The notes under the pieces were generated by a model. The model did not search any database, was not told the DNA's origin, and saw only the letters and a list, made by a program, of their open reading frames with translations. 64,000 nt of DNA from an uncultured Porphyromonadaceae bacterium (lineage in GTDB: Bacteria; Bacteroidota; Bacteroidia; Bacteroidales; UBA12481), in assembly GCA_964547475.1 (NCBI GenBank), contig CAZJNQ010000003.1:22074-86073 (forward strand), read 5' to 3'. The position numbers and the translations under genes were made by a program. Shown here one piece after another: positions 17,135 to 25,356 of this stretch (its first letter is position 1; each line of letters starts with the position of its first letter).

Positions 17135-17947
17135 ATGAAAACCCTGAAAGATAAAGTCGTTTGGATCACCGGAGCTTCTTCCGGAATTGGTGAGGCGCTT
17201 GCTCAGGTGTGTGCGGGGGAGGGCGCAAGACTGGTTCTGACTGCCAGGCGTGAAGAGGAACTTCTGAGGGTGGCCAGGCAGACGCAGCTTCCTGAAGAGT
17301 CCCTGTTTATCCTGCCGGCCGACCTTTCGCAGTACGATCAGGCTGGAAACCTCGCCAGGCAGGTCATGGAACATTTCGGGCGGATCGATGTACTTTTCAA
17401 TAACGCCGGAATAAGCAGCCGGGCCATTGCGTTGGAGTCTCCGGTTGAGATCGATCGCAAGGTCATGGACCTCGACTATTTTGGCGCAATCGCCCTGACC
17501 AAGGCAGTGGCTCCTGGCATGGTGGAGCGGAAAGAAGGGCACATCGTTGTCACGTCCAGTGTGATGGGTAAGATCGGAACTCCCATGCGGTCTGCCTATT
17601 CTGCTGCCAAGCATGCGCTTCATGGTTTTTTTGAATCGCTGCGGATGGAAATTGACGGCACGGGAGTCCAGGTAACCATCCTGTGTCCCGGATATATCCA
17701 TACACAGGTATCTGTCAATGCCATTACTGCATCAGGAGCTAAGTTCAACAAGATGAGCCGCTACCAGCAGAACGGAAAAGATGCGGTCCTGTTTGCCCGT
17801 AAGGTCATCAGGGGAATGAAAAAAGGCAAGCATGAAATATCCTATGGCGGGGTTGAAATCCTTGGCCCGTTGCTCTACAGGCTATCCCCGAAAATAGTTC
17901 ACCTATACATGATGAAACAGCAGAAGAAGAGCAGTTACTCGGAATAG
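17135..17947 (+). CDS. Short-chain dehydrogenase/reductase (SDR)
   Basis: TGASSGIGEA cofactor motif, NNAG, catalytic YSAAKHAL. Confidence 0.9.
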   Translation: MKTLKDKVVWITGASSGIGEALAQVCAGEGARLVLTARREEELLRVARQTQLPEESLFILPADLSQYDQAGNLARQVMEHFGRIDVLFNNAGISSRAIALESPVEIDRKVMDLDYFGAIALTKAVAPGMVERKEGHIVVTSSVMGKIGTPMRSAYSAAKHALHGFFESLRMEIDGTGVQVTILCPGYIHTQVSVNAITASGAKFNKMSRYQQNGKDAVLFARKVIRGMKKGKHEISYGGVEILGPLLYRLSPKIVHLYMMKQQKKSSYSE

Positions 17948-17950
17948 AAT

Positions 17951-18026
17951 ATTGGATTTGGGATATTAGATTTTGGATTTGGGACATTAGGGTTTTATAG
18001 AAGGTTTTATCCCGAATCCCGAATCC
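17951..18026. repeat. Mosaic of three 2-copy tandem repeats (TTGGATTTGGGAYATTAG x2; GGTTTTAT x2; CCCGAAT x2) with inverted complementarity
   Basis: Read directly. GGATTTGGG (17954, 17975) can pair with CCCGAATCC (18011, 18018), with one G-U pair on the + strand RNA. It fills the convergent spacer between the SDR gene and the OFOR gamma gene. Confidence 0.8.
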
Positions 18027-18029
18027 ATC

Positions 18030-18572
18030 TTACACCTTCTCCACTATTTTCTGTCCTTCCCCGATCGCCTTCATGTTTTGTTCCAGAAGGTGACTGTATC
18101 TTTTCGGTATCGATTTCTCCAGTCCTTTATACACATTCTGAATCTCGACGATAGGCTTGATCTTCAGGAATGCTCCGAGAACGATCATGTTAAAAGTCTT
18201 GGTACTGCCGATCTTACCGGCAGCATCTGCAGCGTCCACCCGGTAAATCCGGATATCCTTTCTTTCAGGATGGCGTGTGATGCCATTCGAGTCATAGAGC
18301 AATATACCGCCGGGTTTCACGGATCTCTCGAATTTATCGAGCGACTGCTGATTCAGGAGAATGGCGGAATCATAGAGTTGAAGAACCGGGGAACTGATCC
18401 GGGTGTCACTCAGGATGACGGTTACATTAGCAGTTCCGCCCCGCATTTCCGGGCCATAGGAAGGGAACCAGCTGACTTCCTGATTCTGCATGATGCCTGA
18501 ATAGGCCAGGATCTTTCCCATCGAAAGGACACCTTGCCCTCCAAAACCGGCTATAATGATCTCTTCAGTCAT
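18030..18572 (-). CDS. 2-oxoacid:ferredoxin oxidoreductase, gamma subunit
   Basis: IIIAGFGGQGVLSMGKIL N-terminus typical of OFOR gamma subunits. Confidence 0.88.
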   Translation of the reverse strand: MTEEIIIAGFGGQGVLSMGKILAYSGIMQNQEVSWFPSYGPEMRGGTANVTVILSDTRISSPVLQLYDSAILLNQQSLDKFERSVKPGGILLYDSNGITRHPERKDIRIYRVDAADAAGKIGSTKTFNMIVLGAFLKIKPIVEIQNVYKGLEKSIPKRYSHLLEQNMKAIGEGQKIVEKV

Positions 18573-18586
18573 TTTTTGAGGTTAAA

Positions 18587-19369
18587 TTATTGATTAACAA
18601 CCAGTTTCCCATCCACCTTGATATCACCAAGCGGATAATAGGGAAACATATTCTGTTCCATCCATTCGTTGGCTTTAACGGGTTCCAGCTTCCAGCCCGA
18701 ATTGCAGTTGGAAACGATTTCAACCAAGGAGAGGCCTTTTTTTGCCAGTTGAACTTCAACAGCGGTACGGATGGCCTTCTTGGTCCGCCTGACATTTCTT
18801 GGAGAGTGGACTGATTGACGTGTAACATAATGCACACCAGGCAAGTGAGCAACCAGTTCAGTCATTTTGATGGGGTGACCCATGCTCTGGATCTCACGCC
18901 CGAATGGGCTGGTCGAGGTTTTCATCCCTACGAGGGTAGTCGGGGCCATCTGGCCTCCCGTCATGCCATAGATTCCGTTATTGATAAAAATTATGGTGAT
19001 GTTCTCACCCCGGTTGCAGGCATGGATGGTTTCCGCGGTTCCAATGGCAGCCAGATCTCCGTCTCCCTGATAAGTGAAAACGAATTTGTCCGGCCAGCAT
19101 CTCTTTATACCCGTTGCAACGGCGGGTGCCCGGCCATGCGCCGCACCCAGCATGTCCACATCCATGAAATCATAGGCCAGTACAGAACATCCTACCGGAG
19201 CCACACCGATTGTCTCAGACTGGAGATCCATTTCCTCGAGAACTTCCATGAGTACACGGTGAGCCGTACCGTGACCGCAACCGGGACAATAGCTCAGGGT
19301 TTTATCGGTCATCAGCCCGGTTTTCTTGTAAACCAGGTTTTCGGGTTTGATGATATCCTTTATATCCAT
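18587..19369 (-). CDS. 2-oxoacid:ferredoxin oxidoreductase, beta (TPP-binding) subunit
   Basis: CPGCGHG, then GDGD...IFINNGIYGMTGGQ TPP-binding motif. Confidence 0.9.
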   Translation of the reverse strand: MDIKDIIKPENLVYKKTGLMTDKTLSYCPGCGHGTAHRVLMEVLEEMDLQSETIGVAPVGCSVLAYDFMDVDMLGAAHGRAPAVATGIKRCWPDKFVFTYQGDGDLAAIGTAETIHACNRGENITIIFINNGIYGMTGGQMAPTTLVGMKTSTSPFGREIQSMGHPIKMTELVAHLPGVHYVTRQSVHSPRNVRRTKKAIRTAVEVQLAKKGLSLVEIVSNCNSGWKLEPVKANEWMEQNMFPYYPLGDIKVDGKLVVNQ

Positions 19370-19372
19370 AGG

Positions 19373-20446
19373 TTATTTCCTGATAAATAGTTTTTCAAAA
19401 TTTTCCAGAACTTCTTCAGGGGAAGGTATCATGCCTCCCATCCTGCCATAATGTTCGGCCTGAATCCGGCAATCAATTGCCAGCTTGACATCTTCTATCA
19501 TCTGACCTGCACTTTGCTCGACACAGAGGATGCCTTTCAATTGAGGTACCAGTTTGGCCAAAGGCACTGCAGGGAATGGCCAGAGGGTGACAGGACGAAA
19601 CAAACCGATTTTAATGCCCTTGTCTCGTGCCAGTTGCATGGCCTTCTGGCAGATCCTGGCGGAAGAACCATAAGCCACGAAAAGGTATTCTGCATCCGCC
19701 GTGCTCAATTCCTCATACCGGACTTCAGCAGCTTCAATATTCCTGTATTTCTCCTGCAGGTGCTGGTTATGCCTTTCCTGGCGGGAAGTGTCGAGATCCA
19801 GCGAGGTGATAATTTTATGAGGCCGGTCCGGGATCTTGCCGGTCGCAGTCCATGAGGGATCAAATTCAGTGGCTCGTGGTCTCTGCTCACAGAGTTCAAC
19901 TTTTTCCATCATCTGGCCGATCAGTCCATCCGACAATATCATGACAGGATTTCTGTATTTAAAAGCCAGGTCAAAGGCCAGGAATACGAAGTCGAACATT
20001 TCCTGGACAGACGCAGGGGCCAGAACAGGCATCCTGTAATCTCCATGGCCTCCACCCTTGACAGCCTGAAAATAATCGGCCTGTGACGGCTGGATGGTTC
20101 CAAGGCCAGGTCCCCCTCGCACAACATTTACTACAAGGCAGGGAAGCTCAGCACCCGCACAGTATGAGATCCCTTCCTGCATCAGGCTGATACCCGGGCT
20201 GGACGAGCTGGTCATTGCCCGTTTCCCTGTCCCCGCCGCACCGTACACCATATTGATGGCGGCCAGCTCACTCTCTGCCTGAAGCACAACCATTCCGGTA
20301 CGCTTTTCAGGCTGCTGGGCTGTCAGGTACTCCATCACCTCCGACTGGGGAGTGATGGGATAGCCAAAATAAGCATCGGCACCCGCACGGATAGCGCCTT
20401 CGGCTATCGCCTCGTTGCCTTTCATCAGACGTAATTCCTTCATCAT
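19373..20446 (-). CDS. 2-oxoacid:ferredoxin oxidoreductase, alpha subunit
   Basis: MKGNEAIAEGAIRAGADAYFGYPITPQSE N-terminus typical of OFOR alpha subunits. Confidence 0.9.
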   Translation of the reverse strand: MMKELRLMKGNEAIAEGAIRAGADAYFGYPITPQSEVMEYLTAQQPEKRTGMVVLQAESELAAINMVYGAAGTGKRAMTSSSSPGISLMQEGISYCAGAELPCLVVNVVRGGPGLGTIQPSQADYFQAVKGGGHGDYRMPVLAPASVQEMFDFVFLAFDLAFKYRNPVMILSDGLIGQMMEKVELCEQRPRATEFDPSWTATGKIPDRPHKIITSLDLDTSRQERHNQHLQEKYRNIEAAEVRYEELSTADAEYLFVAYGSSARICQKAMQLARDKGIKIGLFRPVTLWPFPAVPLAKLVPQLKGILCVEQSAGQMIEDVKLAIDCRIQAEHYGRMGGMIPSPEEVLENFEKLFIRK

Positions 20447-20462
20447 TCCTGATATTAATTAG

Positions 20463-20693
20463 TTAATCGGAGACTTTGACCCGGTATACGGTGATCACTC
20501 CGTCCGGGCAAACGACGGCACAGTTTGCGCAACCCACACAATCTTCCGGCTTAGCCTGGAAGGCGTAATGATAGCCCTTGTGGTTGACCTCCCTTGCCAT
20601 GGCGATCACCTCATTGGGACAGGCAACCCTGCAAACCTCGCAGCCCTTGCATTTCTCAATATCAACTACTATTGCTCCTCTGACTTTTGCCAT
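20463..20693 (-). CDS. 2-oxoacid:ferredoxin oxidoreductase, delta subunit (2x[4Fe-4S] ferredoxin)
   Basis: CKGCEVCRVACP and CVGCANCAVVCP cluster motifs; 76 aa. Confidence 0.88.
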   Translation of the reverse strand: MAKVRGAIVVDIEKCKGCEVCRVACPNEVIAMAREVNHKGYHYAFQAKPEDCVGCANCAVVCPDGVITVYRVKVSD

Positions 20694-20746
20694 ATGCTAC
20701 TATTTACGATTTAAATTTTTTTTGGTCATATATCACGCATCAGGCG

Positions 20747-22066
20747 TCACGTTACAAAGTCTTCATGAAACCTCCTGAGTCTTTTTTCCAGTACAGGATA
20801 CAAAGAGGAATGGATTTGTGAAACACAAGCCCTCAAACCTTCCGTCCGGGTGCTTCCGGTAATATTCAGGGAGATGGCGCTGATGCCGTAGTAGAGCAGG
20901 TTTTCAAGCAGCTCCGATCCGGACATGCCCGGATAGGAGATCGTAAAATAGAACCCGTCAGCGATCGGATCATCGATATCCTTATCGTAAACGATTGAAA
21001 AACCGTTATCGGTAAAGATCTTTTTCAGGGCGTGCGCCCTCCGGCCATATTCCTTGACGACCTCCACAAAATTGAATTCACTGTCATTGGCCGCCCTCAA
21101 CATTGCCGCCAGCCCGTACTGAGCCGAATGGCTGACACCTGATGAGAGGGCATAAAGGGCTCCGTAAACCATGGAATGCCCAAACCGGTCACTGGTGTAA
21201 TATCTTTTTAGATCGGGGTAAGTGCGGTTGAACAAAGCTTCGCTGACCACCATGCAACCCACCCGCTCCCCGGCATAGGAAAAAGCCTTTGAGCTGGATA
21301 CGAGGAGCAGCCAGTAATCACAGTAACGCGCCACCGTCGGTTGGTATGGGGGTTTTCCGGGATGAGAATAATCCTTCCGGAAATCCATTCCGAAATAGGC
21401 CAGGTCCTCAATTACAATGGCATCGTATTTCTTAGAGAGGGATCCGATAGTCTTCAGTTCATCCTCGGTAAAACAGATCCAGGAAGGATTATTCGGATTG
21501 GAGTAAAGTATGGTTGAAACGGTTCCTTTCGACAGGAAGGATTCCAGCTTGGGTCCCAGTTTATCACCCCGGTAATCATAAACATCAAAGGATTCAAAAT
21601 CGTGGCCCAGTACGCGGCATTGCTGCTTCTGCACCGGGAAACCAGGATCGATGAACAGCGTTCCCAGCTTTTTCCTGTCAGAACGGTTGGCGACCATAAA
21701 GGCGACCATCGCTCCTCCCATGGATCCTACGGCCGGTATGCAACACTCTTCCGGTATGCTGATATTGAGGAACAGGTTGATGAACCTGCTGACTTCCCTT
21801 TTTAGTTCCGGAACCCCTTCAATCAGGGGATATTTCGAAGCCACTCCCCGGCGAAGGGCAGCAACCTGCGCTTCAATACCGATCTCGGGCGGTTCGAGCC
21901 CGGGAACGCCCATTTCCATCCGGATGAATTTCTCACCCGTAAGATGCTCGATTGAATTGACCAGTTTAACGATTTCCCGAATGGAAGCAATGCCAAGGTC
22001 CGGCAATCGGGACAGTTTAATCTGTTCCCTGACGATTTTGCTGTTTATCGGAGTTGTAGGTACCAT
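20747..22066 (-). CDS. Class I/II PLP-dependent aminotransferase
   Basis: YSNPNNPS, and SSSKAFSYAGERVG (PLP lysine). Confidence 0.8.
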   Translation of the reverse strand: MVPTTPINSKIVREQIKLSRLPDLGIASIREIVKLVNSIEHLTGEKFIRMEMGVPGLEPPEIGIEAQVAALRRGVASKYPLIEGVPELKREVSRFINLFLNISIPEECCIPAVGSMGGAMVAFMVANRSDRKKLGTLFIDPGFPVQKQQCRVLGHDFESFDVYDYRGDKLGPKLESFLSKGTVSTILYSNPNNPSWICFTEDELKTIGSLSKKYDAIVIEDLAYFGMDFRKDYSHPGKPPYQPTVARYCDYWLLLVSSSKAFSYAGERVGCMVVSEALFNRTYPDLKRYYTSDRFGHSMVYGALYALSSGVSHSAQYGLAAMLRAANDSEFNFVEVVKEYGRRAHALKKIFTDNGFSIVYDKDIDDPIADGFYFTISYPGMSGSELLENLLYYGISAISLNITGSTRTEGLRACVSQIHSSLYPVLEKRLRRFHEDFVT

Positions 22067-22118
22067 CGAGCAAGATAAGATTTTTTCTGATATTCCTGAA
22101 TATTATTACTTATCTTCC

Positions 22119-23204
22119 TTAAAAATGATCAACTGCCTGACCTGAAACCAGATAATAGCCCCTCATCAAATTGGCGGTCAGGCACGCATGGACCGGCAGG
22201 AATCCTACCGTTGTACCGGGTTTGAGGGCCTGAATGACCGTCGTGGGTGCTTCCAGGATACCGTGTTCCTGTGACAAAGAAACCAGGAATCCATTCTCTG
22301 TAGGTTCAGCCCAGGATCCCGGCTGACAGGAAGCCATCTGTCCGTAAACGGTCTTTTCACCGACCAAAATCCTTTCTTTGGAAAAATGGACGGCTCCACC
22401 GTATATCACAGCCTGGTTGCGCCTGGGATGAACGGCTACGACCGGGCAAACCATCATGGCAGCTATCTGGCGACAGGAACAGGTGCCAAGCTCTTTCTGC
22501 ATCAGGTCATAAAAAATAAAATTACCGGGACGGATTTCGCCCATGCCCGGGAACCGGTCCAGAAGGCTGCAGGAAGGAGTGTCCCCTATGGACAGGAGGT
22601 GCCGGGAAGCAGGGATTCCGGCCTCCCGGGCTATATCCGTGAGGTACTGCATGGATGATTCGGCGATCCGGCGGATTTCACCGGGAGAAGAGGCACTGTA
22701 GGTGTTTCCGGCGTGCGTGATCATTCCGCGGTAGGTCAGCAATGAGCTTTTATCCAATATCTCAAGGATCCGGAGAAGCTCGGGCAGATCCCGTTTTTCC
22801 AGGCCCGTTCTGTGGTAGCCCGTATCTATCTTAATATAGACCTCAGCCGGATACTTCAGCTTCCGGAGCAGGGAGTAAGCCGTTTCGCCGTCTTCAATGA
22901 GCAGTCCCAGACGGATCTTAGCTGCGAGCTCATTGATCAGGTCTGCTTCGAGGAGGTTGACCGGAAAGGCTACCGTTATATCGTCCCACCCGTCCTGCTG
23001 AAAATAAGCCGCCATCCCCAGTGAGGATACCGTTATGCGGGTTACTCCCGCATCCCGGAACCACCGGGCAACCAGGCGGGACTGGTGGGTCTTGAAATGA
23101 GGCCGGAATATCACCCCGGCGGAGGACGCTTTAGCCGCCATGGTCCGGATATTCTCCCTGCAGATATCTTCACGGATCAGGTACCGGGGTCCTGCGGGTT
23201 CCAT
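22119..23204 (-). CDS. Alanine-racemase-fold PLP enzyme of the D-threonine aldolase / D-serine dehydratase-like (D-TA) family
   Basis: RPHFKTHQS PLP-lysine motif and ~360 aa. 3-nt gap to the upstream gene. Confidence 0.65.
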   Translation of the reverse strand: MEPAGPRYLIREDICRENIRTMAAKASSAGVIFRPHFKTHQSRLVARWFRDAGVTRITVSSLGMAAYFQQDGWDDITVAFPVNLLEADLINELAAKIRLGLLIEDGETAYSLLRKLKYPAEVYIKIDTGYHRTGLEKRDLPELLRILEILDKSSLLTYRGMITHAGNTYSASSPGEIRRIAESSMQYLTDIAREAGIPASRHLLSIGDTPSCSLLDRFPGMGEIRPGNFIFYDLMQKELGTCSCRQIAAMMVCPVVAVHPRRNQAVIYGGAVHFSKERILVGEKTVYGQMASCQPGSWAEPTENGFLVSLSQEHGILEAPTTVIQALKPGTTVGFLPVHACLTANLMRGYYLVSGQAVDHF

Positions 23205-23207
23205 CGC

Positions 23208-25268
23208 TCAAACCTTTTCAATCCGGATCCGGGCATCCACTGCAACAACGCGGTCGGGCAATCCCATCACCGGATTCAGGTCCATTTCAGCTATTTCGGG
23301 CACGGCAGATACCAGGTTCGAAACCGAGAGGATGAGTTTCGCCCATTCACCGGCATCCACCCCGTCTTGTCCCCTCACTCCGTCGAGCAGCTTCCTTCCC
23401 TTGAGCCTGCCGATCATCTCAACCACCTCCTGCCGGTTCAGCGGAGCCAGACCAACCTGGATATCCTTCATTATCTCGATAAAAATGCCACCCAGACCGA
23501 CCATGACCAGGTGCCCAAAGGTGCCTTCCTTCTTGGCTCCGACAAACAATTCACGTCCTTTCAGCATGGGCTGCACAAGCACACCGGTTGCACCCGGGAT
23601 GGCTATCAGGGAATCATAGGCAGCCGTCACTTCCTCCTGGTTGGACAGGTCCAGAAGAACCCCGCCGGCATCTGTTTTATGGAGGGGACCGACAACCTTC
23701 ATGACTACAGGAAACCCGAACGAGAGGGCTGCATTGACGGCGTCCCCGACGGAATTGACAACCCTTTCCGGTATGCGTGAAATTCCAGCGAGGTCAAGGA
23801 GTTGCTGAAGCTGTAAAGGAGGCAGGTACCCGTTGGTAAATGATGCAGCCAGGTTTCTGAGCTGGCCAAAGGAAGCCTCATTCAATTCAACCGGAGCTTC
23901 GGCGGGTTCAGAGGTGTAATAGGCTTTGACCAGAGCTTGTCCGAATAAAACCTCATCAAAAAAGTTTATCCGTCCTTTAGCCAGGAAATCCGCTATATCC
24001 TGACGGGCATTGATGGCTGAAGGAAAAATCGGGTATATCGGTTTGGTGCAACTTTTCAATTTCTCATTAATGAGGGAATACACAGGACCCGGGGATACCA
24101 AGCCCGGACTTCCGAAAATAATGCACATTCCATCAATATTGTCAAGCTGCCGGTCGACGCACTCAATCACGGCATCCATTTGTTCAACCGTGCCGGTTGC
24201 CAGGACATCGATCGGATTGGCGACCGAGGAACCGGGATGTAGTTTGGCAAGCAACCCATCAGCGGCTGGGCCGCTGATGGCCGGAACCACCACTCCGCCG
24301 TCGGACAGGATATCGGTCAGCATAACCGCCGGTCCGCCCGCGTGGGTAATGATAGCCATGCGGTTCCCATCCATTTTCTTATGCATGAACAGGCAGCCCA
24401 TGGTAACCAGCTCCGAACGGCTATTGCAGCGAACGATCCCGGCTTTACGGAACAGGGCATCAACCGCTGTATCGGGAGTGGCCATGGCGCCCGTATGGGA
24501 TGAGGCTGCCCGGCTTCCAGCCTCGGTATGGCCCGCCTTAATCGCGGCTATCCTGCACCCTTTTCGTATCAGGGAGGCAGCATGTTTCAGGAGCTTGCCG
24601 GGCTTCCTGACGCTCTCCATATAGAGAAGCTTGACCCGGCTGGATGCGACAGGATCAAAATTCAGGTCCATGTTTTCAAGGACCTCCTCTACCCCAATCT
24701 GGGCTGAATTACCTACGCTGAACACACTTGAAAAAGTGAGTCCGGTAGGATCAGCCGCTTCCATGATAAATACCGCAGTGGCTCCTGAAGCTGAAATAAA
24801 ATCAACACCTTGAGAATCCAATTTGGGAACAGGCAGCGAAAAACATCCGGCATAATTAGTGGTAATGACCCCGATACAGTTGGGCCCGATGAGGCAACTG
24901 CCGGTTTCCTCCATAATCTCAACCAGTTCATGTTCCAGACTTGCGCCTTCGGCATTCTCTTCTGAAAAACCGGCCGATATTATGATAAAAGCCTTCGTTC
25001 CTTTTTCGGTAGCTAAAACCCATGCAACCACCGTACACATCGATGCCGGTATGGCAAGGATCGCCAGGTCGACGAGGGGCAGATCCTTAACGTTTGGATA
25101 ACAAGGTATTCCCTGGACTTCAGTGGCTTTTGGATTGACGGCATATAAGGTACCCTTGTACCCGTAATCAATAATATTCTTAAGAATCTTGCCGCCGGGT
25201 TTACGGTCGTCGTCAGAAGCTCCTACAACTGCTATACTGCTGGGATTCAGTAATTGGTCATTTATCAT
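23208..25268 (-). CDS. ADP-forming acyl-CoA synthetase (fused alpha-beta; CoA-binding, succinyl-CoA-synthetase-like and ATP-grasp domains)
   Basis: N-terminal SIAVVGASDD...GG CoA-binding fold, phospho-His loop SSHTGAMA, C-terminal ATP-grasp with VVMKVVGPLHKTDAGGV. Confidence 0.85.
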   Translation of the reverse strand: MINDQLLNPSSIAVVGASDDDRKPGGKILKNIIDYGYKGTLYAVNPKATEVQGIPCYPNVKDLPLVDLAILAIPASMCTVVAWVLATEKGTKAFIIISAGFSEENAEGASLEHELVEIMEETGSCLIGPNCIGVITTNYAGCFSLPVPKLDSQGVDFISASGATAVFIMEAADPTGLTFSSVFSVGNSAQIGVEEVLENMDLNFDPVASSRVKLLYMESVRKPGKLLKHAASLIRKGCRIAAIKAGHTEAGSRAASSHTGAMATPDTAVDALFRKAGIVRCNSRSELVTMGCLFMHKKMDGNRMAIITHAGGPAVMLTDILSDGGVVVPAISGPAADGLLAKLHPGSSVANPIDVLATGTVEQMDAVIECVDRQLDNIDGMCIIFGSPGLVSPGPVYSLINEKLKSCTKPIYPIFPSAINARQDIADFLAKGRINFFDEVLFGQALVKAYYTSEPAEAPVELNEASFGQLRNLAASFTNGYLPPLQLQQLLDLAGISRIPERVVNSVGDAVNAALSFGFPVVMKVVGPLHKTDAGGVLLDLSNQEEVTAAYDSLIAIPGATGVLVQPMLKGRELFVGAKKEGTFGHLVMVGLGGIFIEIMKDIQVGLAPLNRQEVVEMIGRLKGRKLLDGVRGQDGVDAGEWAKLILSVSNLVSAVPEIAEMDLNPVMGLPDRVVAVDARIRIEKV

Positions 25269-25304
25269 ACCGTGACACTACTTGACGGCAAAATAACCAA
25301 AATA

Positions 25305-25356
25305 CATTTACGATTGATCATTTACGATTCACGAATCACTGATCGCGAATCACTAG
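25305..25356. repeat. Two adjacent 14-bp tandem duplications (CATTTACGATTSAY x2, then GAATCACTGATCGC x1.7)
   Basis: Read directly. Contains the palindrome GATTCACGAATC (25326-25337). The last unit overlaps the TAG stop (complement) of the TonB-dependent receptor. Confidence 0.85.

Noticed and set aside
17069-17701. 210-aa minus-strand ORF opposite the SDR gene
   Set aside because: It is antisense to a canonical SDR (TGASSGIG, YxxxK) and has no features of its own.
23085-24624. Plus-strand ORFs of 231, 159 and 204 aa inside the acyl-CoA synthetase / D-TA-like genes
   Set aside because: They are antisense shadows of strongly supported minus-strand genes. Their composition (P/S/R/H-rich) is typical of non-coding frames.
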